This document shows positions 54,056 to 62,970 of a stretch of DNA of 64,000 nt, one piece after another (the stretch's first letter is position 1; each line of letters starts with the position of its first letter). The position numbers and the translations under genes are program-made. Below the pieces are notes generated by a model. That model did not search any database. It saw only the letters and a list, made by a program, of their open reading frames with translations, and was not told the origin of the DNA. Origin of the DNA: an uncultured Galactobacillus sp. (GTDB lineage: Bacteria > Bacillota_I > Bacilli_A > Erysipelotrichales > Erysipelotrichaceae). Location of the stretch: contig CAZHUX010000001.1 in NCBI GenBank assembly GCA_964535445.1, forward strand, positions 12,406 to 76,405. The letters are read 5' to 3'.

Positions 54056-55291
54056 CTACTTTATAGAGGCAGACTTCCTTAATAACAGGAATCCTATGAC
54101 AAACAATATAGCTAATGTTGCAACAGAGATATTGACACTGCCGGTAATACTGACAGTGATTCCTATCAGCATGGTTCCCATAAAGGAAGCACCTTTACCA
54201 CAGATATCATAGAGTCCGAAGTATTCACCAGAACTGTCTGCCGGAATAATTGACGCAAAATAGGAACGGGATAAAGCCTGAATAGCACCCTGGAACATAC
54301 CGACCATAAATGCCATGATGCCAAACTGCCATAACTGATGCAGGAATAAGGCAAATACCGCTACTGCAAAGTATCCGCAGATACATACAGATATCAGAGT
54401 GATACTGCTGTATTTCTTTGAAAGTCTGCCAAATAATGATGCAAAGGCAAAGGCCACAACCTGCGTCAGTAATAACACTACTAATAAGCCCATCTGATTA
54501 ATGCCTAATGATGTACCAAAGGCTACTGCTTCATCAATAATTGTATAAACACCATCAATATAGAAGAAGAATGCCAGCAGGAAGTAGAATACTTTCTTTT
54601 CCTGTTTGTACATATGGGTCAATGTATAACCGATTCTTTTTAAGCTTTCATGGAAGGCTCTGCCGGCATGGTCAATATAATGTTCCTGTTTATAAGACTT
54701 GATTAAAGGAATACTGACACATACCCACCATACAGCCACAATGATAAATGCAAGTGCGATACCAAGCTTAAGAGGAATCTTATCTATCGTACCAAGATAA
54801 TACAGAATCAATGCCGCAAGAAACGGAATACAGGAACCAATATATCCCCATGCATATCCCTTTGAAGATACCAGGTCCATTCTTTCATCTGTTGTGACAT
54901 CCGTTAACATGGAATCATATAAAACCAGAGAACACTGATAGCATATCTTGGCGATCACATATGTGACCAGATATACCATCATATTCTGTACGCATCCAAG
55001 TAATGCACAGCCAATAGCTCCAATTAATAACACACCTAAAAACAACGGTTTGCGTCTGCCTTTATTATCAGAAAGTGCACCTAATATCGGTCCTGCAACA
55101 GCAACAACTATTGTCGCAATGGATGTAGCATAGCTCCAATAGGCAAGATACTGTGATTTGCTGAGACCTCCTTCAGTTGCCAGCGTGTTAAACCAAACCG
55201 GAATCAATGTGGATACCATCATGGTAAATGCAGAGTTACCAATGTCATATAAGACCCATGATTTCTCCAATTTGTTCAAATCTTTGAACAT
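54056..55291 (-). CDS. MFS transporter (UMF1/Atg22-like family)
   Basis: It has 12 hydrophobic segments. The N-terminal WVLYDIGNSAFTMMVSTLIPVWF is typical of the UMF1 family. Confidence 0.7.
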   Translation of the reverse strand: MFKDLNKLEKSWVLYDIGNSAFTMMVSTLIPVWFNTLATEGGLSKSQYLAYWSYATSIATIVVAVAGPILGALSDNKGRRKPLFLGVLLIGAIGCALLGCVQNMMVYLVTYVIAKICYQCSLVLYDSMLTDVTTDERMDLVSSKGYAWGYIGSCIPFLAALILYYLGTIDKIPLKLGIALAFIIVAVWWVCVSIPLIKSYKQEHYIDHAGRAFHESLKRIGYTLTHMYKQEKKVFYFLLAFFFYIDGVYTIIDEAVAFGTSLGINQMGLLVVLLLTQVVAFAFASLFGRLSKKYSSITLISVCICGYFAVAVFALFLHQLWQFGIMAFMVGMFQGAIQALSRSYFASIIPADSSGEYFGLYDICGKGASFMGTMLIGITVSITGSVNISVATLAILFVIGFLLLRKSASIK

Positions 55292-55402
55292 AAAACTGCC
55301 TCCCCTTTATATTGTCAAACTGAACAGAAAATACTTCTATCATAATTAAAGACTATTTCTGTTAATTTGTCGTTAACTTTTTCAAAGGAAAGACAGTTTT
55401 TA

Positions 55403-56581
55403 TCAAAGAATATTAATAAATGTTGTAATAACCAGACTGTTTATGAAATCCGCAAACAAAGATCCTACAATTGGAATCAATATAAATGCTTTTAAGGATG
55501 GACCATACTTTTCTGTCAAAGCCTGCATGTTAGCCATGGCATTAGGAGTAGCTCCCATACCAAAGCCGCATGTTCCCGCTGCTATTACCGCTGCATCATA
55601 ATCCTTTCCCATCACATTAAAGATAACAAAACGGGCATAGAGATACATTAATACAAGCTGTGCTAATAACAGTACAATCAAAGGCAATGCAAGATCTGCT
55701 AACTGCCATATCTTTAATGTAATCATGGCAATACCTAAGAATAAAGAAAGACAGATATCTCCGATACTGTTGATTTCATCTATATGTACAGGCAGCTTAC
55801 CTGTGTATTCTGAAATGTTTCTCCATACAGCTGCAGTTATCATTGCCCCGATATAAATCGGAAATGTCATACCGGTCTTAGAGAGAATGGATGAGACAAC
55901 CGTACCGATTCCGGCTGTTAAAGCAAGTTCCATAGCCGCAGAAGGGTATTCCTTTAATGGTTTATCATCATCTGCAGAGCCTTCATTCTCATCTTTATGA
56001 ACTGTTTTTAAAAGATCATATTTCTTAATCAGACCATTACCGATCGGGCCGCCGATTAATGATCCGGCAATTAATCCGAATGTTGCGGCAGCTGTACAGA
56101 TTGTAGTGGCACCAGTAACTCCGAAATCCTCCAGAATCGGTCCAAAGGCGCCGGCTGTACCATGTCCTCCTACCATTGGAATAGAACCGGTACATAAGCC
56201 TAATAAAGGATCTTCATGGAGAAGATCAGCAGTTCCTACTGCCACCAGATTCTGGGCAATGATTAAGATAATTACCAGAACCAGAAAGATAACGAGACTC
56301 TTTCCACCGCTCTTCAATACCTTGAGATTTGCCTGAAAACCAACAGATGTAAAAAACAGAACCATGCATACTTCTCTTAAAACATCATCAAACTCAAGTT
56401 CTGCTATATGCAGTTCATACAGGACACATGTAAATACAGCAAACACCAGGCCGCCGGCAACCGGAGAAGGAATACAGAACTTCTCTAAGAATGTGAATTT
56501 CTTTTTCAGAAAGTCTCCTAACAGAAGTACTGCGGCAGCAACAGCTAATGTCTGATACTTATCTAATTCAATGCTCAGCAT
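55403..56581 (-). CDS. gltS: Sodium/glutamate symporter (GltS/ESS family)
   Basis: By my recollection it is colinear with E. coli GltS, for example ...FCIPSPVAGGLVFA... and ...MGKDYDAAVIAAGTCGFGMGATPNAMANMQALTEKYGPS.... GGAGGA lies 8 nt upstream of the ATG, inside the 3' end of the TAXI gene. Confidence 0.85.
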   Translation of the reverse strand: MLSIELDKYQTLAVAAAVLLLGDFLKKKFTFLEKFCIPSPVAGGLVFAVFTCVLYELHIAELEFDDVLREVCMVLFFTSVGFQANLKVLKSGGKSLVIFLVLVIILIIAQNLVAVGTADLLHEDPLLGLCTGSIPMVGGHGTAGAFGPILEDFGVTGATTICTAAATFGLIAGSLIGGPIGNGLIKKYDLLKTVHKDENEGSADDDKPLKEYPSAAMELALTAGIGTVVSSILSKTGMTFPIYIGAMITAAVWRNISEYTGKLPVHIDEINSIGDICLSLFLGIAMITLKIWQLADLALPLIVLLLAQLVLMYLYARFVIFNVMGKDYDAAVIAAGTCGFGMGATPNAMANMQALTEKYGPSLKAFILIPIVGSLFADFINSLVITTFINIL

Positions 56582-57527
56582 TACTGCTATCCTCCACGTC
56601 TATACCTGCCCGCTTATAGTATTCAACCGCACCAGGATGTATCGGAATGCTGAGAGAAGCAGAAGCATCTCCTGCATCCAGCAGCTTTACACCTGTCTTT
56701 TCAGACAGTTCTTTCTGATGTTCGAAAAGTTTCTCTGTCACAATACGGGCCGTATTCTTTGGTACTTCATTACTTGCCAGTAATACCGCTCTGACTGCAA
56801 TCGTACGTATATCTTCATCCTGACCTTCATAAGTACCTTTGTTAACAGTTGCACTGACATATCCGTCAAACATGGAAAGGATTCTCTCTATCTTGCTTTC
56901 TTCAATAGAAAGAAAACGAATCTTATCGGCATTTTTGGTAAAGATATCAGCTGGTGTTCCTGCCGTTACAAACATGACATCCACATCACCATCCAATAGA
57001 TGTTCCATCGCATCCTCATAGTCATAATTAACCATATGCACATTCTCATCACTCAGACCATACGCAGATAATATCTGGGCAGCATTTCTTTCTGTACCAG
57101 ACTCTTCCTGACCAACAGAAACTGTTTTACCATCCAGATCATCCAGAGATTCAATATCAGAATCTTTTCTTACCGCGATCTGTACATCTTCCTCATATAA
57201 TGCCGCAATGGCACTGTAACCCTGATAGCTCTTTGTATCTCCTAATGTTTCTCCATAATACATTTCATTAATCACATCAGACTGAGCTATACCCATGCGT
57301 ATATACCCTTGTGATAACAGACGGATATTTGCGGCTGAACCAGCCGTATTCTTTACATTCAACTGATATTTGGAATGATATTCATCATTCAGAATATCAG
57401 CGAATTCTTTACCAAATGTATTGTAAATGCCTCCTTCTGCCGCAGTTCCAAAACGGATTTCCTGTCTGGAACAGCCGGTTAAAACAAACAGACATAATGC
57501 AACAATAACCACAAGCTGCTTTTTCAT
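56568..57527 (-). CDS. TAXI-family (TRAP-associated) extracytoplasmic solute-binding lipoprotein
   Basis: It has a lipobox (FVLTGCS) and FGTAAEGGIYNTFG...NTAGSAANIRLLSQGYIRMGIAQSDV, which matches the TAXI/NMT1-like pattern. Its 3' end overlaps the gltS start by 14 nt. Confidence 0.75.
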   Translation of the reverse strand: MKKQLVVIVALCLFVLTGCSRQEIRFGTAAEGGIYNTFGKEFADILNDEYHSKYQLNVKNTAGSAANIRLLSQGYIRMGIAQSDVINEMYYGETLGDTKSYQGYSAIAALYEEDVQIAVRKDSDIESLDDLDGKTVSVGQEESGTERNAAQILSAYGLSDENVHMVNYDYEDAMEHLLDGDVDVMFVTAGTPADIFTKNADKIRFLSIEESKIERILSMFDGYVSATVNKGTYEGQDEDIRTIAVRAVLLASNEVPKNTARIVTEKLFEHQKELSEKTGVKLLDAGDASASLSIPIHPGAVEYYKRAGIDVEDSSNAEH

Positions 57528-57615
57528 TAAACTTACCCCTTTAAAACGGCTTTATTATACTGAAAAACATAATTAAATAACATAGAAACATTGATGATAT
57601 CAGATTCCATGAACC

Positions 57616-57645
57616 TTGACACAATAAGGCATAACGTTGTATATT
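57616..57645 (+). promoter_or_regulatory. Putative sigma-A promoter of the SCIFF cassette
   Basis: TTGACA is separated by 18 nt from TATATT, about 45 nt upstream of the precursor ATG. Confidence 0.55.
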
Positions 57646-57690
57646 TAGCAGAACAAGAGGCATTTCTGCCTGAAAAGAGAGGGATTAATT

Positions 57691-57840
57691 ATGAAGCATA
57701 TCATGACACTGGATACACGCGATATGAAGGAAAGCGCTGTTAACGGAGGCTGTGGAGAGTGCCAGACATCCTGCCAGAGTGCCTGCAAGACAAGCTGCGG
57801 CATTGCCAATCAGGCCTGCGAGAACAAGGATAACAAGTAA
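57691..57840 (+). CDS. SCIFF (six-cysteines-in-forty-five) ranthipeptide precursor, 49 aa
   Basis: It is not in the ORF track because it is shorter than 60 aa. My own translation is MKHIMTLDTRDMKESAVNGGCGECQTSCQSACKTSCGIANQACENKDNK. It has six Cys, and the GGCGECQTSCQSACKTSC core matches the SCIFF family as I remember it. AGAGAGGGA lies upstream as an RBS, and the maturase gene follows. Confidence 0.85.
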   Translation: MKHIMTLDTRDMKESAVNGGCGECQTSCQSACKTSCGIANQACENKDNK

Positions 57841-57862
57841 TTCATACAGCAGAAATGATGCA

Positions 57863-57896
57863 GGTGCCGGAACGGTTTACGTCCCGGCACCTTTCT
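57863..57896 (+). terminator. Hairpin with a short T-run between the precursor and maturase genes (partial terminator/processing element)
   Basis: GGTGCCGG...CCGGCACC forms a stem followed by TTTCT. Confidence 0.5.
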
Positions 57897-57919
57897 AATG
57901 TTTCTTAAGGAGGACACAT

Positions 57920-59320
57920 ATGATTCATCAATATAAAATGAACGGATATAACATCGTTATCGATGTATTCAGCGCAAGTGTACATGTTACAGATGATCTG
58001 GCTTATGATGCCATTCATCTTCTCGATACAGGTTTAGATCAGGATAAAGCCGCCTATGAATTAAGAAAGATGCATCCGGAAGCTTCCAATGAAGATATAG
58101 CGGATACATTTGAAGATATTCAGGAATTAATCAAAGCCGGCAAACTGTTTGCGGAAGATATCTATGAACCTGCTTCAGGATACTTTAAGAACCATTCCAA
58201 GGTTATCAAGGCTTTATGTCTGCTGGTTGCCCATACATGTAATCTGAACTGTTCCTATTGCTTTGCTTCACAAGGTAACTTCCATGGCAAGTCCGGATTA
58301 ATGAGCTTTGAAACCGGTAAGAGAGCACTGGATTTTCTGATTGAGAACTCCGGCACAAGAAGAAATCTGGAAGTAGATTTCTTTGGCGGGGAGCCTTTGG
58401 TTAACTTTGATGTGTGCAAACAATTAGTAGCTTATGCAAGAAGTATTGAAAAAGAACATAATAAAAACTTCCGTTTTACATTAACTACTAACGGCATCAA
58501 TTTAACAGATGAAGTCATCGAATGGGCTAATAAGGAATGCTACAACGTCGTATTGAGTCTGGATGGAAGAAAGGAAGTCAACGACCGCTTCCGTGTAGAT
58601 CATAATGGCAATGGCAGCTATGACCGCATCGTTCCTAACTTCCAGAAGCTTGTTAAGGCACGTGGTGGTAAAGGCTATTACATGCGTGGAACATACTCCC
58701 ATTACAATACGGATTTTACCAATGATATTTTCCATATGGCTGATGATCTTGGCTTTACGCAATTATCTATGGAACCGGTTGTGACAGATCCATCCAATCC
58801 TTCTGCTTTAACAGAAGAAGATCTTCCAACTCTGTATGAACAGTATGAAATCCTTGCCAAAGATATGTTAAGAAGAGAAAAAGATGGAAAACCAATTGTT
58901 TTCTATCATTACATGCTGGATTTAGCGCATGGTCCATGTATCTTCAAGAGAATCTCCGGATGTGGTTCCGGTACGGAATATATGGCTGTAACTGCATGGG
59001 GTGATCTGTATCCATGCCATCAGTTCGTCGGTGATAAGGATTACAAGCTGGGAGATATCTGGCATGGCATTGATAATACAAAGCTCCAGGATGAATTCAG
59101 ACAATGCAACGTTTATTCAAGACCAGATTGTAAAAACTGCTGGGCAAGACTGTATTGTGCAGGCGGATGTGCCGCCAATGCCCTGCATGCGACTGGTGAT
59201 ATCCATGGTACCTATGAATATGGCTGCAAGCTTTTCCGCAAGCGTATGGAATGTGCATTAATGATGAAAGTTGCGGAAGCTGAAATGAGACAAAACGATC
59301 ATGAAGACGAAGCTGCGTAA
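57920..59320 (+). CDS. SCIFF radical SAM/SPASM maturase (thioether-forming)
   Basis: It has CNLNCSYC (CX3CX2C) and a C-terminal Cys-rich SPASM region (CGSGTEYMAV...YPCHQF...CKNCWARLYCAGGCAANA). AAGGAGG lies upstream of the ATG. It is adjacent to the SCIFF precursor. Confidence 0.85.
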   Translation: MIHQYKMNGYNIVIDVFSASVHVTDDLAYDAIHLLDTGLDQDKAAYELRKMHPEASNEDIADTFEDIQELIKAGKLFAEDIYEPASGYFKNHSKVIKALCLLVAHTCNLNCSYCFASQGNFHGKSGLMSFETGKRALDFLIENSGTRRNLEVDFFGGEPLVNFDVCKQLVAYARSIEKEHNKNFRFTLTTNGINLTDEVIEWANKECYNVVLSLDGRKEVNDRFRVDHNGNGSYDRIVPNFQKLVKARGGKGYYMRGTYSHYNTDFTNDIFHMADDLGFTQLSMEPVVTDPSNPSALTEEDLPTLYEQYEILAKDMLRREKDGKPIVFYHYMLDLAHGPCIFKRISGCGSGTEYMAVTAWGDLYPCHQFVGDKDYKLGDIWHGIDNTKLQDEFRQCNVYSRPDCKNCWARLYCAGGCAANALHATGDIHGTYEYGCKLFRKRMECALMMKVAEAEMRQNDHEDEAA

Positions 59321-60716
59321 GCAGATACAGGCATACCTTGATGAAGATATCTACCCTCTGCATATGCCTGGTCATAAGCGCAGACTCTTTCCGGAAGAGG
59401 ATCTGCCTTATGCATGGGATATGACGGAAATAGAAGGAATGGATAATCTTCATCATGCGGAAGGCATATTAAAAGAAGCTATGGACCGTACTGCTTCTTT
59501 ATGCGGCAGTGATCAGACCTGGTATCTTGTTAATGGCAGTACAGCTGGTAATCTTGCCGGCATCTTTGCCTTAACCCATCAGAATGATGAAGTCATCATG
59601 GCAAGAAACTGTCATAAATCTTTATATCATGCCGTGCAATTGCGTAATCTGAAAGTACACTGGATCATGCCTGATACAGAAGACGCATTTGAAATATCAG
59701 GCAGTGTTGACCCGGATACCGTAAAACATGCTTTAGAGCAGTATCCTTGTTCCAAAGCTGTTGTCTTAACCAGTCCTACCTATGAAGGTGTTGTATCCGA
59801 TATCCACTCTATTTCAGAAATCTGTCATCAGAAGAATATACCTCTGTTTGTGGATGAAGCACATGGTGCTCATTTCGGTTTATTCCCAGGTTTTCCTGAC
59901 AGTGCCATCCATTGTGGGGCAGATCTTGTTGTTCAAAGTTTTCATAAAACATTACCAAGTCTTACCGGAACAGCTGTATTACATAAAAAGGGAAACCTTG
60001 TCTCTTCAAAAAAGGTAGAACAAGCTTTAGACATATTTGAAACTTCCTCTCCTTCTTATCCTATGATGGTATCTTTAGATGCCTGTACCGAGTATCTTAT
60101 GAAAGATGGCAAAGAAGATTTCAGGAAATGGCAGAACATGCTTATGAAGTTTGATGATACTTTATCCTTAAAGCATATGCATGTTTTATGTCATGAAAAA
60201 GATAAACCTGAGACACATCATTTCTTTGACTATGATCCCGGTAAGATTCTCATTCATACAGATACTATGAATGGTTCACAACTGCAGAACATTCTTCGAA
60301 AAGACTACCGTTTTGAATTGGAAATGAGTATGGGAAGAAACGTGCTTGCAATGACCAGTGTGGCAGATGAAGAAGATAAGCTTATCGAATTTGCCAATGC
60401 ATTAAATGAAATAGATCAGTCAATAACGAGTTCTGATCATAAAAAACATCATTTTACCTATGCTCTGCCAGAACAGAAAAAAACAATCGCAGATGCGATT
60501 GATGAATCTTACAGTATCATTCCATTAGATAGAAGCATGAATCATATATCTCATGAATATATATACTGTTATCCACCCGGTATTCCATTAATAACACCGG
60601 GAGAAGTGATTTCAGAAGATATACTGAATGAATTAAAGATATTAAAAGAAACAGATACAAAACTGTATTTCAGTGAATCCACTGATGATGCAGAATCTGT
60701 ATCTGTCTGCAGTTAA
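59301..60716 (+). CDS. PLP-dependent Orn/Lys/Arg decarboxylase-family protein (YaaO/SpeA-like fold type I)
   Basis: It has ...PLHMPGHKR... at the N-terminus and SFHKTLPSLTG, the PLP-lysine context. Its start overlaps the 3' end of the maturase gene by 20 nt. Confidence 0.75.
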   Translation: MKTKLRKQIQAYLDEDIYPLHMPGHKRRLFPEEDLPYAWDMTEIEGMDNLHHAEGILKEAMDRTASLCGSDQTWYLVNGSTAGNLAGIFALTHQNDEVIMARNCHKSLYHAVQLRNLKVHWIMPDTEDAFEISGSVDPDTVKHALEQYPCSKAVVLTSPTYEGVVSDIHSISEICHQKNIPLFVDEAHGAHFGLFPGFPDSAIHCGADLVVQSFHKTLPSLTGTAVLHKKGNLVSSKKVEQALDIFETSSPSYPMMVSLDACTEYLMKDGKEDFRKWQNMLMKFDDTLSLKHMHVLCHEKDKPETHHFFDYDPGKILIHTDTMNGSQLQNILRKDYRFELEMSMGRNVLAMTSVADEEDKLIEFANALNEIDQSITSSDHKKHHFTYALPEQKKTIADAIDESYSIIPLDRSMNHISHEYIYCYPPGIPLITPGEVISEDILNELKILKETDTKLYFSESTDDAESVSVCS

Positions 60717-62089
60717 GACTCTGTCTGATCAGAGTCTTTTTCATTTCTCGTAAGATTATTCAGCCATTTGCGTTTTGTAAAGTGATACATCGTCCATGGT
60801 ATCTTTCCTACTTCATCAAGACATGTACAGGAATACACTAACAATACCGGCCAATGGAAGATAAAGGCACCTGACAATGCTGTAGGAATAGCAATGCACC
60901 ACATTGCGACAATCAAAGAATAAATATCAAACTTTGTATCACCACCGCCATCAAAGATGCCATTGATTACGATGGTATTCACACATCTGCCTATCATATA
61001 AACAGATGTGATAACAAGCATCCCTGTCAAAAGTCTTCCTGCCTCTGGTGTCAGCTTATAGAACTTTAATACAGCCGGAATCAGTACCAGGACTAGTCCC
61101 ATGGTCATAAAACCTATCAGGAAAGATATCTTCATAAGTCTTATACCATACTCTTCCGCTGTATCCAGCCTTCCTTTACCAAGTTCATTGCCAAGCATGA
61201 CAGCTCCTGCCCCGGCAATACCATTGCACATGCAGCAAAGCAGATCTCTTACAACCGAGGCAACGGAATTCGCCGCTGCCGCATCCTGGCCAAGATGACC
61301 CATGATGGCACTATAGGCGGTAAAGCCTATTCCCCATAGAAGAGATGCGCCAAGTATCGGTGAAGCGATTTTTATGAAATCTTTATCCAGTAAAACATTT
61401 CTTTTGAAAATATGCTTCAGATCCACCTGCATATAATCCTTTTTAAAAGAAATACCAACTGACCATATCAGTTCGATAATACGTGACAATAATGTCGCAA
61501 TGGCAGCTCCATTGGCACCTAAAGAAGGAAAACCAGGTAACCCAAATATCAGTACTGCATTCAATATGATATTTATGATCACTGCAGAAGATGATATCAA
61601 TGCACTGGTATTTGCGTGCTCTGTTACTTTCATCATTGTCTGATAACATTGCGATATACCAACCAGAAGATAGGACCAGCCTGCTATATTGAGATAGCCC
61701 CTTCCAATCTTTATCAATTCAGCATCATTGGTAAATATAAGCATGATCCTTTCAGGAAAGCATATGCATAAAATACCAAATACAGCATCAATTACCACTG
61801 CCAGTCTAAACATGATATGAAATATATCCTGCATGGCTTTCATATCTCTTCTGCCCCAGTATTGTGCAGCCAGAATGGATCCACCGCTTACGGCCGCAGA
61901 CAAAAACATATTCATGACAAACTGAACCTGGGAGGCAAGTGAAACAGCAGACATGGAATTCTGATTCAGTCTGCCTAACATAATCGCATCTGCGGCAGCT
62001 ACGGCCGCAAGCATCAGACTCTGCAAGGCTAAAGGGAATGCCAGTCTGCGTAATTTATCATTAAAAACCTTGTTATCAAATACTTTCAT
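60713..62089 (-). CDS. MATE family efflux transporter
   Basis: It has 12 hydrophobic segments and the N-terminal segment ...AFPLALQSLMLAAVAAADAIMLG typical of MATE. Confidence 0.8.
   Translation of the reverse strand: MKVFDNKVFNDKLRRLAFPLALQSLMLAAVAAADAIMLGRLNQNSMSAVSLASQVQFVMNMFLSAAVSGGSILAAQYWGRRDMKAMQDIFHIMFRLAVVIDAVFGILCICFPERIMLIFTNDAELIKIGRGYLNIAGWSYLLVGISQCYQTMMKVTEHANTSALISSSAVIINIILNAVLIFGLPGFPSLGANGAAIATLLSRIIELIWSVGISFKKDYMQVDLKHIFKRNVLLDKDFIKIASPILGASLLWGIGFTAYSAIMGHLGQDAAAANSVASVVRDLLCCMCNGIAGAGAVMLGNELGKGRLDTAEEYGIRLMKISFLIGFMTMGLVLVLIPAVLKFYKLTPEAGRLLTGMLVITSVYMIGRCVNTIVINGIFDGGGDTKFDIYSLIVAMWCIAIPTALSGAFIFHWPVLLVYSCTCLDEVGKIPWTMYHFTKRKWLNNLTRNEKDSDQTES
60715..60741 (+). terminator. 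Terminator of the SCIFF/decarboxylase transcription unit, embedded in the 3' end of the convergent MATE gene
   Basis: AAGACTCTG-TCTGAT-CAGAGTCTT forms a hairpin followed by TTT. Confidence 0.7.
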
Positions 62090-62961
62090 ACTTCAATGTC
62101 ATGGAAAACAGGCACCATATGATCAAATGTACAGAACTGTTTCAAACCGATTTCATCCCTGACTATTCTCCGTGCATCCTTAAAATGATCACCAAGATAT
62201 TCTGTCTTATGTGCATCTGATCCAAATGTAAAGATGGTACCGCCAAGATCCTTATATAACTTAAGAATCTTACGGGATGGCTGTGTATCCTTTAAGCCAT
62301 AATGCCAGCTGGATGTATTGATCTCTATGCCTTTTCCATCTTTTATGGCAAGCTTTAAAATTTCCGCAATCTTATCTTCTTCTTTTTCAAAAGGATATGG
62401 ACCAGCTGGATCATATCTTGTTAAAAGGTCCAGATGTGCTAATACAGAATAATGCTTAAATACTTTCTGTACCTTATAGATTTCTTCATAATAGGCATCA
62501 TTATATTCTTTCTGACTGCGTCCTTTGAAATACTCACCATTCCAGAATTCCTGGTTATTCACCTGATGCATGGATAAAAGAACAAAGTCCAGATCTTTCT
62601 CATACCCGGAATAAAGTCGCTCATAGTCATCAATCGTAATTGTCTGAATACCAAACTCTAACCCTGCTTTAATGGTTATACGATCAGAGTAAGCTTTCTG
62701 CATCTTATGAATCTTTTCAAAATACAACAGATAATTCACATTAGCCATTGGCTCCAGGGAATCTGCTGAAGTACCTACACCATCACCATTGCGGTATACT
62801 ATGCCTCTTGGATCATCCCAATCTCTTTTAATGCCATAATCTACATGATCTGTGAAACACATTTCATTCAGATGAATGGCAATGCCTCTTTCAATCTGAT
62901 TTTCCATCGGTTCATGTGAATCATCACTGAATTCACTGTGTATATGATAATCTGCAATCAT
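62086..62961 (-). CDS. PHP-domain histidinol-phosphatase-family hydrolase (HisJ-like)
   Basis: It has MIADYHIHSEFSDDS (the HxH motif), ...FTDHVD... and ...FGSDAH.... Confidence 0.75.
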   Translation of the reverse strand: MIADYHIHSEFSDDSHEPMENQIERGIAIHLNEMCFTDHVDYGIKRDWDDPRGIVYRNGDGVGTSADSLEPMANVNYLLYFEKIHKMQKAYSDRITIKAGLEFGIQTITIDDYERLYSGYEKDLDFVLLSMHQVNNQEFWNGEYFKGRSQKEYNDAYYEEIYKVQKVFKHYSVLAHLDLLTRYDPAGPYPFEKEEDKIAEILKLAIKDGKGIEINTSSWHYGLKDTQPSRKILKLYKDLGGTIFTFGSDAHKTEYLGDHFKDARRIVRDEIGLKQFCTFDHMVPVFHDIEV

Positions 62962-62970
62962 AAAAACTCC

